Translations under genes and position numbers: made by a program
Shown here: piece after piece, positions 18,809-29,685 of the stretch
How positions within the stretch are numbered: position 1 is the stretch's first letter
Layout of the letters: each line of letters starts with the position of its first letter
Source of the DNA: a virus
Lineage: Duplodnaviria > Caudoviricetes
Length of the DNA stretch: 64,000 nt
IMG/VR virus record: IMGVR_UViG_3300021399_000132
Span: 25,746-89,745 of that record
Direction: 5' to 3' (one strand)
The notes under the pieces: generated by a model
The model's input: only the letters and a program-made list of their open reading frames with translations
Databases searched by the model: none
What the model was told of the DNA's origin: nothing

Positions 18809-20689
18809 TTATGTACTTGCCGCACTAAAGGTAATCGATAGACTGCTTCCCGGTGTTACGCATACCACTGAATTGTTTGCGTAAGATACCGTCCCCGCCA
18901 ATGTGATTCGCACCCTGACAAAGTTTCCATCATAATCAACCTCAGACGTGCCAAGGTTGCCAATGTTTTGATTAGGCGTGCCAATGTACCCGCCACTTGC
19001 GTGACGAACCGTGATATCTCCAGCCACCGATGCAACCAGTCCGCTGCCGATGTGATATGGCAATGGTATGCTGAATGCAATAACGTTATTCCCGGATGCA
19101 TTCGTAGTTAAAAAGCCGGAGAACGTTGCAACATTCCCTGTGAATGCGTACACGTCGCCAGCAATAAACTCATTACGAAACGAATTGTATGCGTCATATG
19201 TCAAAACTGTAAATTGGTTGGGGTCATCTCTTCTATGGATATGGATGTCACCGAATACGTCAAAGTGATTACTAAACATCGCAAATACAGGCAGATATTC
19301 ATAAATCTGAATTGGCTGGGATCTAACGGTAGTTAACAAATCAGATACAACAAATCTCACCGCACTTGAGGCAGTGTCGGAAAGATTGTTAAACAATTCA
19401 CCAGTGTAATTCCAAACGCCATTCCCAACAACACTACTCGGAAGGACGGTCGGCCCCGTGTTAGGGTTGGTGTAATACACAGAAACGCTCAGTGTATTGT
19501 TCATCGCTCCCAGCGATGCGTTATACCATGTACCGCTCGTCGTTCCTACGACAGTCTCTGATGCATCCGCCGCGGTGCTTCTGTCGGCTGCTGACTGAGT
19601 AATCACAGGCGGATAATATCCGATAGTACGTATCTGTACAGGAATTGTTGTTTCATAACCACGGTTATCGCGTGTAGAAACATACAAGTCTTGTGTGCCG
19701 TCGCCGAAATCACCTGTAAGTATCATCTCAATCTCACCCTGTTGATTGATCTCGGCTTTCGCCGTTTGATCGTTTAGCACGGCCACAGTGCGGCGTCTGG
19801 TAGTTCCATATCTACCTTCCGCTTCAACGATGACATGAATTTCTGATACGTTTGAAATGAATGCCCCACCTGTAATATCATCTAACGTATACTGCCCGTA
19901 TTGATCATTTGCCTTTGCATCATAAATTCTCGTAATGGTAAGCGTAGGCCCGTGTACCTCGTAATCAGTTACGGCTGTAAATGTCGCGGTCGAGGCGCCT
20001 AGCGCGGTCGAGCCTTTATACGTTCGACAAGAAATAGTAACAGTGCCGCTTGTTGCGTAGGGAATTGCGTTCAACACTTCAACCGGAACAACCCAGTCAA
20101 TAGTTGTATTGGTTGTATTGTTGACAATTGTACCGCTGACATTACCAATACTATAAGTAAGAGTATCGGTATAGGTGGAAACCGCACGCCCTATAGTAAT
20201 ACGAATTGAATTCGTACCATCAACAAGTACTGATGTTTTGTCCAGTGTTAACGAAGACCCTCTTGGAATTGATGTCAGGTTCGTGGCAGCAGTCTGGACA
20301 GTAGAATTTGCCGGCGGATTCGACGTTCCGTCAGAAGTCCAATATGACAATGCATAACCAGAAAGCGTCCCATCATTTTTATGCGCGACAGTAAGTGTTC
20401 CACTCACTGTCAAGTTCCCGCCAATTTCTATTGCTTTGGTTGACGTAATCGCGACACGGGTTCCCTTGGAGTTCGCTCCGTCATCAAACCAATAAATACT
20501 TAGCCAGTTGTCGGTTGCGCTTCCGAACCCTGCGCCGTTTGATGTCATACTGGCAGTGAATGTTAAAGACGAGGTGTTGTTTGCTGTATCAGTCGAGTTT
20601 TCTTTGAAATAAACATAATGTGTATATGGATAAGACGATGGATACACCGGTGCATATACACTTCTGCTTTTGCTTGCTTCAGCCGCCAT
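18809..20689 (-). CDS. minor tail / receptor-binding protein
   Basis: NTSSL...; LTSIPRGS motif; directly after the hub gene. Confidence 0.65.
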   Translation of the reverse strand: MAAEASKSRSVYAPVYPSSYPYTHYVYFKENSTDTANNTSSLTFTASMTSNGAGFGSATDNWLSIYWFDDGANSKGTRVAITSTKAIEIGGNLTVSGTLTVAHKNDGTLSGYALSYWTSDGTSNPPANSTVQTAATNLTSIPRGSSLTLDKTSVLVDGTNSIRITIGRAVSTYTDTLTYSIGNVSGTIVNNTTNTTIDWVVPVEVLNAIPYATSGTVTISCRTYKGSTALGASTATFTAVTDYEVHGPTLTITRIYDAKANDQYGQYTLDDITGGAFISNVSEIHVIVEAEGRYGTTRRRTVAVLNDQTAKAEINQQGEIEMILTGDFGDGTQDLYVSTRDNRGYETTIPVQIRTIGYYPPVITQSAADRSTAADASETVVGTTSGTWYNASLGAMNNTLSVSVYYTNPNTGPTVLPSSVVGNGVWNYTGELFNNLSDTASSAVRFVVSDLLTTVRSQPIQIYEYLPVFAMFSNHFDVFGDIHIHRRDDPNQFTVLTYDAYNSFRNEFIAGDVYAFTGNVATFSGFLTTNASGNNVIAFSIPLPYHIGSGLVASVAGDITVRHASGGYIGTPNQNIGNLGTSEVDYDGNFVRVRITLAGTVSYANNSVVCVTPGSSLSITFSAAST

Positions 20690-23600
20690 TAACTACCACT
20701 CCCTTCTTCGCTTGTTGTATTTGTATTAATCCAGTACCATCCGATGCCATGTTCCTGGTCGGCGGAGCTGTAATAAACTTTCATTGTCGAAAGGTACCCT
20801 TGGCCAGAATCGTAGGTGAACAGCTCAGTTGCTTTGAATCTCGCCGCTTCAACCTCGCCGTCTTTGGCTTTCATGACTGTCTTAATTACTTCATTGCCAT
20901 GCTCATCCTCAGTTACCTCACGAACCTCGAGGCCAGTGCCGTCAATAAACGATTCAGTCGTACTCTCGCTTGTCTTAACATGCAGACCATTTTCATCAAG
21001 CCATGTTTTTGCATATTTAATGTCTTCACCGAATTCGTCTCGGACAGTTTCTGTAACTTGTGCGGTGATGGCCTCAGCGTCGATATTAATTGATGCGATC
21101 TTCTCAGTAAGCTCAAGTTCTTTCTGATCAATCTTGCCATCAAGACGTCTAATCTCTTCTACATTGGAAGACACGCTGCTTGCTGTCAGAGTGATTCTGC
21201 TGTCAAGCTGTTCGATGTTGGTTGAGTTCCTTGTTGTCTCGATCCATACACGACTGAGTAATGTATCGACATACGGATCACTGTACACAATTGTTCCGTC
21301 GCTATATTCGGTGCCGACCCGTCTCCAGTAATAATGATCTTCGACGTATTCGGGCGGCGTTTCACTCCAATCAATAGAGATGGACGGATATATACTAGAG
21401 CCCACAATTGTTTCGGTGCTCGGATAAATAATTGGTGTGATTACCTCTGTGGAACCACTAATCGTGTATTCATACCAGACTCTAACGACACTAATCCCGC
21501 TTTCGCCGTCTTTACCTGTCGCTCCAGTGATATCTTCAATGGCCTTGATCTCGGTCTCACCGCTATCATGTGTTACGACTGTTTTGCGCCACACTCTCTG
21601 ACCATCTTCCCAAGAAACGGGGAACGTGCTAGACCAGTCGGCGTCTGAGGCGTTTGGCGATACACCAAAATCACGTACACAGTACGTATATGCCGTGTCA
21701 ACGATTGTGTCTTTGAGTCTTGCGTCAATGCTATCGACCTCGGAAGCAATCTTTCCATCTATGATAGTGAATAGGTCATTTCCGTCATTGTCTTTAATGA
21801 CAAGCTGATTACCGATAATCAGATCACCAATGATTGTCTCAGCATTAATACCGTAAGTCGTTGAGCCGTCGCCGAGCATGATCTCGCCGATTGCAACCTT
21901 ACAGGATTCCCATGCGTCATCTGTAAAGACAAGACTCTTACCAGTTAGTTTTACCTGCCGCGGGTCGTATTCATCTTCGCTGATCTTCTCTCGGCCTGTG
22001 TAACCGGAGCCATCGATCGTTACTTCCTGATTCGTAGACGAAAGGGCGGCATCCATTGTAAGATCGCGTGATGCCTGAATCTGCTCACGCATCTTATTGA
22101 ACTGACCGCTCTTGATTGGATATACAGTATCCTTCAGATAGCTGATCGAATTTGCAGATTTATTAATACCGCCAAGCACATTCTCGAATAACGTTTTGGG
22201 ATCGTATTTGTTAAATCGATTTCCAAAAGTCATTGACAGTGCGTGGTCGTCATAGTTGATTGTTATGTTTGTTAAAAAGAGCTGAGCAACATCATCAGCG
22301 TCCAGCTCGACATTAATCAGGCACCCGGTCTCCAGCTCTTCTGACCATCTCTCGAATTCCTTGGCAAAGACGAAGTTCTCCGCATCAATCGTGAACTGCT
22401 GAGTCGGCTTACATATACGTGCAAGCTGTGACTTGGCACGGTCATACAGAGTCTTCATCTGCTCGAACTGCTCGAGCGGTGTCATGGTCTCTGTAATAAT
22501 TACATACTCATCGCTATAGCTTCCCTCAAAGATGTAATAGTAGAGCTCTTCAAATTCTTCCTGCGTGAAGTAGGTTTCAAAAGAAACCTCGTCGACAATC
22601 GCCTTGATTGAAGTTTCAAGTTCATCAAGCTCTGCATTAGCGTCATCCAGATCTCCGTTCAATTCGTCAATTTGGCTCTGACATTGGATAATAAGCGCAT
22701 CAATCTGATCGAGCATTGACTGGATATTTTCAGTGATGGGTACAGCCGTGCCACCATTCTCCTGAATAACCTTATTGTATTCGTTGAGAGCGTAGCCGCT
22801 GGAACCAGCAACTATATTGTCTCTGAGCCTGCGATAAGCTGTGATCTGAGTCTGTAACTGTTGGACAGAGTGGGACGCGGTCGAACATTCTCCAAGCTTT
22901 GTATAGTACTGCAGGCTTAGGTTGTAGTATTCCTGCTCTTTGTTTGCAACAAGAGCCTGCCATGTTCTTACCTTGGCAGCGAGCGAATCGCTCATCCAGT
23001 CAATATAATATGAGAAGTCGTAGATCGTATTGATACCGAGCGGGTTGACTGCGCCGATAGTGACATTCTCACCGCCGATGACACTGATTGCAGTGTATAC
23101 ATCACCGCCATTTTCTTCGATATTCAATGTATCGATCATGTCATCTTTTGTAAGGTGAATGCTCGTCATCCTTACATAATTATGCTGGTCATATACATTG
23201 ATTACGCGATTGATAATGTCAAAGACAAATATACATTCATAAGCGTCCTGCATGTCCTGCAGCATGAATGACAGAACGTTCGCATCAACAGAGACATCTT
23301 CGAATGTCCTCCATCTTTCTGCGACCGCCTGATCGATAGTTCCAATACTCCAAATCGGGAGCAGTGCGACCAATGTATCGATCAGCCCGGTAGTCTCAGA
23401 TGTTGGCTGAGTCGTGAAGGGGTAGGTGCCGTCTTCAATATATGGGATCTTCTTCTGTTCGATCTCCGACTCGGCAGAGTGGGCAGTGACGTCAATATAA
23501 TCCGTGTGCCCATCAAAGCCGATAGTAATATCAGAGATGACAAAGAAACCAATATTATCAACGAACACCAGCCTTTTGTTCTTAATAGCTCTATATAAAA

Positions 23601-23826
23601 ACGCCGCATGGGCGTTACGTTCACTATCATCGTGTTCTACTTTATAAACACGAAAGTTTAGGTCGGATGTCGAATTGAAATTGAAAACAATTTCTTCTGA
23701 ATCATAATCGGTCAGATACCCGAGGCAGTTGGTTAGACATCCGTTGGAGTCAATTCTCGCCCCGGGATTGCACAATGCCAATTTTGGCTTCTCAAAACGA
23801 TCGAGCGAGTTATAACTTACAATCAC
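20689..23826 (-). CDS. baseplate hub (Tal-like) minor tail protein
   Basis: 1045 aa after Dit; coiled-coil segments. Confidence 0.7.
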   Translation of the reverse strand: MIVSYNSLDRFEKPKLALCNPGARIDSNGCLTNCLGYLTDYDSEEIVFNFNSTSDLNFRVYKVEHDDSERNAHAAFLYRAIKNKRLVFVDNIGFFVISDITIGFDGHTDYIDVTAHSAESEIEQKKIPYIEDGTYPFTTQPTSETTGLIDTLVALLPIWSIGTIDQAVAERWRTFEDVSVDANVLSFMLQDMQDAYECIFVFDIINRVINVYDQHNYVRMTSIHLTKDDMIDTLNIEENGGDVYTAISVIGGENVTIGAVNPLGINTIYDFSYYIDWMSDSLAAKVRTWQALVANKEQEYYNLSLQYYTKLGECSTASHSVQQLQTQITAYRRLRDNIVAGSSGYALNEYNKVIQENGGTAVPITENIQSMLDQIDALIIQCQSQIDELNGDLDDANAELDELETSIKAIVDEVSFETYFTQEEFEELYYYIFEGSYSDEYVIITETMTPLEQFEQMKTLYDRAKSQLARICKPTQQFTIDAENFVFAKEFERWSEELETGCLINVELDADDVAQLFLTNITINYDDHALSMTFGNRFNKYDPKTLFENVLGGINKSANSISYLKDTVYPIKSGQFNKMREQIQASRDLTMDAALSSTNQEVTIDGSGYTGREKISEDEYDPRQVKLTGKSLVFTDDAWESCKVAIGEIMLGDGSTTYGINAETIIGDLIIGNQLVIKDNDGNDLFTIIDGKIASEVDSIDARLKDTIVDTAYTYCVRDFGVSPNASDADWSSTFPVSWEDGQRVWRKTVVTHDSGETEIKAIEDITGATGKDGESGISVVRVWYEYTISGSTEVITPIIYPSTETIVGSSIYPSISIDWSETPPEYVEDHYYWRRVGTEYSDGTIVYSDPYVDTLLSRVWIETTRNSTNIEQLDSRITLTASSVSSNVEEIRRLDGKIDQKELELTEKIASINIDAEAITAQVTETVRDEFGEDIKYAKTWLDENGLHVKTSESTTESFIDGTGLEVREVTEDEHGNEVIKTVMKAKDGEVEAARFKATELFTYDSGQGYLSTMKVYYSSADQEHGIGWYWINTNTTSEEGSGS

Positions 23827-25058
23827 CGGAAGTTCCTCCTGTTATTGTATCTGACTGTAACCGACTGGACATCACCACTTATTGCAAGATCGTTGTTACC
23901 ATTCAATAAGCGGGGGAAATTCTGATTGGAGAACTTAAGGTAATACTGCCCGCTGATATAGTTGTAGCTGCTGTCAATTACGATAGTTGCTCCAGCCGCA
24001 ACATCAACGAAAGAGGTGCGTCTTGTCGTGCTGTCTGTGTAGTTCGTGATAGAGAAATCGCCACCGGTACTGCCTAATACCACAGTAATCTCGGGGTATG
24101 TGTAATCATCAATATCCGTATCAATAGTGACATTAATATGTGTAATGCTTCCCTCGGTTGAGTTATCGACCGCGAACGTTTCGGTGACCTGTTCTTGAAT
24201 CCAGTATCCGCTTGAAGCTTCGAGCGTTGCTCTGTATCCAATAATACCGCCGTTATATTCCAGTACCGTTGGATTGATGAACCTACATTCAAGATAGATA
24301 TCCTTCGGTTCGCCGTTTATATACTCGACGTCTGCTCCGCTGATAAACACCTTATAGACATTAATGGCGTTTCTGATCTGCATTGAGGTAGATGCCTCGT
24401 TTGAAAGAACATCATAAGTATACGAAAGCACCGAACAAGTAATAGACATTGAACTTGATTCGCTTGCCGCTTTGATTACGAATGTCCTGTCAAACGAATT
24501 CGGATTGCACTCCGCAGTTTTGACGAAAAAGCCTCTCGCATTTTCATCAGTAAGTGCTACGTCACCATCAATTGTAAAGGTAAAGTTGCTTGCGCTGTAT
24601 CCATCCTCGAATTCGAAGTAAACATACAAAGCGCTTGGCGGAGTTGATGAACTTAATGCGAGCGAATAGCCCTTGATACCACCAACAGACCCGCTCACAA
24701 TAGCTCGGTAGGGGAACACCTCTCCAACACCGATCGAATCGCAGTCATATGCTGGATTGATATATAGTTTCCTGTAGCGGTGTCTGTTAAACAGCCACCT
24801 TTCAATGTTGTGTCTTTCGGCACGAGAAAGGGTACTGCCGTCGCCGGTAACAATATCTATATCGAATGAAAGAGGAGACTCTGAATAATCATCATCGATA
24901 AGATAATTTCGTTTGCCGTTTTTATTAAAGATCTTCACTCCAGAAATTGTTCCGGCGACTTGGGCGAATCGATCCGTCTCTACGTTTGCAAAAATAAGGT
25001 CGTAGGGCTTGGATGACAGGCCACCATATGTGAAGTGTGATCCATAAATATCTGCCAT
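23823..25058 (-). CDS. distal tail protein (Dit), probably with an inserted domain
   Basis: FTYGGLSS start, FPRLLNGNN end; directly after the tape measure gene. Confidence 0.7.
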   Translation of the reverse strand: MADIYGSHFTYGGLSSKPYDLIFANVETDRFAQVAGTISGVKIFNKNGKRNYLIDDDYSESPLSFDIDIVTGDGSTLSRAERHNIERWLFNRHRYRKLYINPAYDCDSIGVGEVFPYRAIVSGSVGGIKGYSLALSSSTPPSALYVYFEFEDGYSASNFTFTIDGDVALTDENARGFFVKTAECNPNSFDRTFVIKAASESSSMSITCSVLSYTYDVLSNEASTSMQIRNAINVYKVFISGADVEYINGEPKDIYLECRFINPTVLEYNGGIIGYRATLEASSGYWIQEQVTETFAVDNSTEGSITHINVTIDTDIDDYTYPEITVVLGSTGGDFSITNYTDSTTRRTSFVDVAAGATIVIDSSYNYISGQYYLKFSNQNFPRLLNGNNDLAISGDVQSVTVRYNNRRNFR

Positions 25059-25119
25059 AGCTCTTCAGGCTCCTTTCTAAAAGTGTGATTTTAAAAATAA
25101 AAAGTACCCGATAGGGCAT

Positions 25120-25153
25120 AGGTTGTCGGCGGTATTTCTACCACCGACAACCT
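25120..25153 (-). terminator. strong hairpin after the tape measure gene
   Basis: 13-bp stem with a U-G wobble on the - strand. Confidence 0.5.
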
Positions 25154-25164
25154 TTGTTGAATTA

Positions 25165-28100
25165 TTAATGAGCATTCCTGTAAAGAACACCATTGTATCT
25201 GCTGAACGCTTTGAGAACATCGTTGATCTGTTCGCGCTGTGCACGACGAATATCGGAAACCGTCTGCTGATCCGTATTGCCATTGATAATAATATCGCCC
25301 ATTGAAATATCAATTGGCTGATTGACTGTACCAATGTTGCGGAATGTGTCAGACGCGGCGCCTTTCATCTTGTCAAGGATCTCTGCTCCAGCCATCGCGA
25401 AGTCATACAAGAAATTCGTTGCCTTAGCATTGAGAACCTTTTCGCCGCCAGAGAACATACGATACGTATTACCGTCTCCAGATTTGAAGATCGCCTCGTT
25501 ACCTTCTTCGTTAATCCTATGAAGGCCAGGTGTGGCACTCTTTGTTCCTTTCTTATATCCAACGATATCAGACTTGTAGATCCATCCCGTATAAACGCCA
25601 TCACGTCCAATAAGGACTTCGTTGCCGCTTGTCTGATAGACGGTATAACGGCCGCCCGGTACAAATGACGCCATGCGTACACCGCCACTCTTAGGGCTGA
25701 AGTGTGTCGCCGACGGTTTGACCTGCACTGTAGAACCAGACGAAAGAGAAGGGGCAGAAGCGTTGCTCGATTGATTGCTATTGCCACCGCCGTTATTATT
25801 TCCAGCACCAGCGCTGTTCCCGTTGCCGTTTCCAACCTGAGAACCTGCACCAGTCGGAATCTTATATCCGGTATAGTTGCCAATCTTCGCATCGTTATAA
25901 TACGAACCGAAGATAGACTTAAATGCCTCACTGTTCTTGAATGCTTCTTCCCACATCTTGATGATGGTGGCGTCATCGCCGTCACCATACTTACGGTTAA
26001 AGAGAAGGAACGCTTTGAACAAGTCCTCAGTGTTGCCCTTAATATCTTTAAGAGCTTGATTGTAGAGAGTATTAGGATCGTTGATCAACTCGTCGATCGC
26101 ATCGATTTCCTTATTCAGCTTTTCTTCTTCGGCCTTATAAGTATCATCGAGAGCGTTAAGCGCCTGCTCGAGAGCACGTTCATCTTCGAATTCCTGCAGG
26201 TCTTCTTCGGCCTTAGACAGTTCTTCAAGCAATTCCTGCCTACGCTTCTGAGCCCAAGCCGAATTATCAAACTGAAGCTGTGCAAGCTGACTTCTGATAT
26301 CATCAACAGCCTGACGTTTTTCATTCTGTTCCTTGATGTACTTAGTTTCGTCCTGCTGTTTCTGAAGCATTTCTTTCTGCTTGTCATAGAAATCCTTCAG
26401 GTCATCGAGTTGCTTTTTAAGAGAATCTTTCTGATCTTCCTGCTGCTGTTTAAGCATCTTGACTCGATACTCAACCAACGCATCGAATGTAGACTTTGCA
26501 GCCTCTTTGATCTGATTGAAGCCATTATAAACTTCTTCCTCGTATTTATAGAACTCATCAAGGGTGATGATGCCTTCGTTGTACGCCTGCTTATAAGCTT
26601 TGTCTAACCACTTAAGGAAGTCAGCAGTGGTCTCCTTGTCCATATTGACATAGTGCTGATGAAGCTTGTACTGCTTTTCAAACCACGTCTCTTCTTTTTT
26701 GGAAGAATCGGAGCCGGAACCACCGCCACCGCCGCCGCCACCGCCACTAGAACCACCTGACGAACTCGGTTTGTAATTCTTGATACCGCTTAACGCGGAG
26801 TTACGCAAACTCTCCAAAGCACTAATCTGCCCATTAATTGCACCGATTGCACTAGTATAGCCGCTAATGTCGGCTTTGATATTTGAGATCAAGTTTTGAA
26901 GATCGACGTTAGTACGGTTACTTGCTCTGAGCTCCGCATTAACAAGAGCCTTTTTGTTGACCGCTTTATTGAAATTATTCACATGCGCCGATCCGGCTCC
27001 ACCATCATCATAAACATTACCAGCCTCATTTCCACTTCCAATGCCACGCACAGCCTTTGCTGCCTCATGTGCGTGCATTACCACTTTATTAATGTTGGTG
27101 TTCATGAGTTGGGTGTTTGCATCAAGTGAGCTAGCACTACTCTCGGAGGCTGAATCAAAATTGGCTGCGATGCTTTCAGCAGCGTCGCCAACATTACCAT
27201 CGAAAATGTCAGTGTTGTCAGACATCTGTTGCAAAGCCATCTGATAAGCTGTGGCCTCGTCGTAACCCATTTGGATAAGAGCGTTGACAACCTTGTTAGA
27301 ATTATCGATTCTATTTTTTAATTGCGCTACTGTAATAGCATCCTCGCCTTTTGCAACCGATTCAGCCATTTGCAACTGCCCAACCGCAAATGCCTTTTTT
27401 GCTTCCAAGACAGCAGCATCCGCCTTCAGTTCTTCGATCTTAGCATCGATTGAAGAATTGATTTCCTGCTCTTTACCTTCAATAAATGAGTTTACGGTAG
27501 CTTCATTTAACTGAAGTTGGCCTTCTGCTGTAATAGTTGCATTATCGAGAATAGAAGGATAGGCAGCCGCAAGTTCCATGGCCTTCTGAGTGTCGACTAC
27601 AAAGCCATCTGCTATAAGATCCTGTACCGAATTAACCGCCTGTAAGGAGTTTGTGACATCGTCAACAACCTCCTTGACACTTTTAAATGCCTCATGCACC
27701 GAATTCAATGCGTCGGCCCCGCTCGAAATGTTGCTGAAAACTCCTTGGATATTATCGGAGAATCTATCCAATCCATTCTGCTGACTGAGGAAATTGTCAA
27801 CAACGTCTGTTGCCTCAGCCATAGAGCCGGAGAATTCCTTTGAAGACATTACAGTCTCGATCAACTGATTACGAAGATTGTAGTACTCGGCGGCAGTTTG
27901 TGGAATCTGACTGTTTAAATAGTTTTGCTGCAGTTCATTAGTCAGAAGATTTTGAAGCGCTGTATTATAGGCGCTAACAGCCGGCTCCATCTGGGTATAC
28001 AGGTCGTAAATGTCCTGATATACTGCTGTATTGGCGTTCCCGTCGTCAACAAGCAATTGCATCATCGAATGTAATTGCTGATATGCATTAAGAACATCTT

Positions 28101-29403
28101 CGTATGAAGATATGTCACCAAAGTCATACGCAAATGTCCCCGATTTGGCGGTGTTGGAAGCACCCTTAACATAGCCAGCCTTTTGTAGCGCCGCAATCGC
28201 ATCCAAGTTACCCTGCGCGTTATCGTTACCCCAGCTAACCCGCCGCACATCTTGATACCTTCCAAAACTTTCAGTGGTCAAGTTTTCTCTGGAAGCATTG
28301 AGCGCACCTGTCAAAGTATTTTGCTTGGACTTGAGTTGTTCGGTCGTAGCATGTCTAATTGCCTCTTCGTAATTTCCATATTCACGAATCAGCTCCTCGA
28401 CCTCCGATCGTTCTAGCCCAAGACGACTAATGATTTCATCTCTTGCTTCTAAAACTTCACCGTTATCACTACTCACCTGGGCAAGTTCCATATACTTGTC
28501 AACAAGGTCGACCAGTTCATCACCCTCGGTGGCCGCCGCTTCACCAAGTCTTATGGATTCCTCCCGCGCCTCTGCCTGTGCATTTTTGACTTTTGTTATA
28601 ACTGCAACGAGAGCAGAAGCCGCTACTAGCGCAAGTCCAAACGCGCCAGCAGTTGAAGCTACCGCGGTGCCCGTAGATGTGGCCCCGGCTTTAACCATAT
28701 CGAGCGTCGTTACGACGCCAAGGCCGGTTATCTTCATTGTACTAAAAGCCGATGTAATCGAGCCAATAATACCCACTGCCGCGGTGCCAATCGCACTTAA
28801 CGCGCTGGCGAACAAAGCCGGTTTAAAAACAAGTAAAAGCCCAGCCACAGTTGTGAGAATCGGTATCAATCCGCCAGCCGATTTAATGAATTTTGTGATG
28901 GCATTGCCGGCATTGAGTAGGGCGGTGCCGAAGTCAACAACTGATTTAAGCAGGTCGCTGTCAACAATAGTGTGCGATAAATCCTGGAACGCTGATTTAA
29001 ACTGATTTAAATGAGCAGTCGTCGTATCCATGTAAATATTATTTGCACGGGCCGCCGCTCCAGCGGATTCCTGCGCTGTCACAAGAGCGTTCTGTGCATC
29101 TTTCCAGTTGCTGATGATAGATGCAATTACCTGAAGCTGTCTTGTACCACCAAGAATTTCAGCCGTTCGAGCCTGCTGCGTATCAGTAAGGGTACCCCAC
29201 ACCCTGGCTATCTCGTTCATGATGTCGTACAAATCTTTAAACTGATTTGTAGTTCCTTCCACCATGATGTCAACGCCGGTGATTGCCTTCAGTTCTTTAG
29301 CGTATTTAGAGAATCCATCAGCAAGATCTTTTGTGTCCTCGCCCAATTCCTCGAGGTCGGTCTTTGAACCTCTGATTCGGGCGGAGATTGTTTTTAATGC
29401 TGT
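25165..29403 (-). CDS. tape measure protein, exon 2
   Basis: Starts TALKTISARIRG after the intron terminal G; spliced protein 2533 aa. Confidence 0.9.
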   Translation of the reverse strand, partial: TALKTISARIRGSKTDLEELGEDTKDLADGFSKYAKELKAITGVDIMVEGTTNQFKDLYDIMNEIARVWGTLTDTQQARTAEILGGTRQLQVIASIISNWKDAQNALVTAQESAGAAARANNIYMDTTTAHLNQFKSAFQDLSHTIVDSDLLKSVVDFGTALLNAGNAITKFIKSAGGLIPILTTVAGLLLVFKPALFASALSAIGTAAVGIIGSITSAFSTMKITGLGVVTTLDMVKAGATSTGTAVASTAGAFGLALVAASALVAVITKVKNAQAEAREESIRLGEAAATEGDELVDLVDKYMELAQVSSDNGEVLEARDEIISRLGLERSEVEELIREYGNYEEAIRHATTEQLKSKQNTLTGALNASRENLTTESFGRYQDVRRVSWGNDNAQGNLDAIAALQKAGYVKGASNTAKSGTFAYDFGDISSYEDVLNAYQQLHSMMQLLVDDGNANTAVYQDIYDLYTQMEPAVSAYNTALQNLLTNELQQNYLNSQIPQTAAEYYNLRNQLIETVMSSKEFSGSMAEATDVVDNFLSQQNGLDRFSDNIQGVFSNISSGADALNSVHEAFKSVKEVVDDVTNSLQAVNSVQDLIADGFVVDTQKAMELAAAYPSILDNATITAEGQLQLNEATVNSFIEGKEQEINSSIDAKIEELKADAAVLEAKKAFAVGQLQMAESVAKGEDAITVAQLKNRIDNSNKVVNALIQMGYDEATAYQMALQQMSDNTDIFDGNVGDAAESIAANFDSASESSASSLDANTQLMNTNINKVVMHAHEAAKAVRGIGSGNEAGNVYDDGGAGSAHVNNFNKAVNKKALVNAELRASNRTNVDLQNLISNIKADISGYTSAIGAINGQISALESLRNSALSGIKNYKPSSSGGSSGGGGGGGGGSGSDSSKKEETWFEKQYKLHQHYVNMDKETTADFLKWLDKAYKQAYNEGIITLDEFYKYEEEVYNGFNQIKEAAKSTFDALVEYRVKMLKQQQEDQKDSLKKQLDDLKDFYDKQKEMLQKQQDETKYIKEQNEKRQAVDDIRSQLAQLQFDNSAWAQKRRQELLEELSKAEEDLQEFEDERALEQALNALDDTYKAEEEKLNKEIDAIDELINDPNTLYNQALKDIKGNTEDLFKAFLLFNRKYGDGDDATIIKMWEEAFKNSEAFKSIFGSYYNDAKIGNYTGYKIPTGAGSQVGNGNGNSAGAGNNNGGGNSNQSSNASAPSLSSGSTVQVKPSATHFSPKSGGVRMASFVPGGRYTVYQTSGNEVLIGRDGVYTGWIYKSDIVGYKKGTKSATPGLHRINEEGNEAIFKSGDGNTYRMFSGGEKVLNAKATNFLYDFAMAGAEILDKMKGAASDTFRNIGTVNQPIDISMGDIIINGNTDQQTVSDIRRAQREQINDVLKAFSRYNGVLYRNAH

Positions 29404-29685
29404 CAATCTGTTACTTTTATGACCATTACAAAAATGGCGGGCAAGTCTTTCGGCTTGCCTCTCACGTTTCACAATGAGATTATTGCGTGAGTTCAGACTG
29501 TATATTCATCCCCATTAGATAGGGGAGGAGAACTTCAGGATGCACGTCGCCGCGCAACCCCTGCAGTCGTTACGGATACAAAGCTAGAATGTGGCTTTGT
29601 CTTTCCTCGGTCTCCGCTGTCTCCAGCCTTTGACCGATATAGTTCTCAACTAAGCATACATTACTGTATGCATGGGCAAAACTTT
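29404..29685 (-). mobile_element. group I intron, ORF-less, 282 nt, in tape measure gene
   Basis: Exon GUGGGU pairs with IGS GCCCAU; P3 GAGAACU/AGUUCUC; P7 GACUG/CAGUC; terminal G; splicing restores STVG-TALKTIS. Confidence 0.9.

Noticed and set aside
10593-20689. Diversity-generating retroelement acting on the fibre genes
   Set aside because: No reverse transcriptase in the window and no near-identical TR/VR pair differing at adenines was seen; one could lie outside the window
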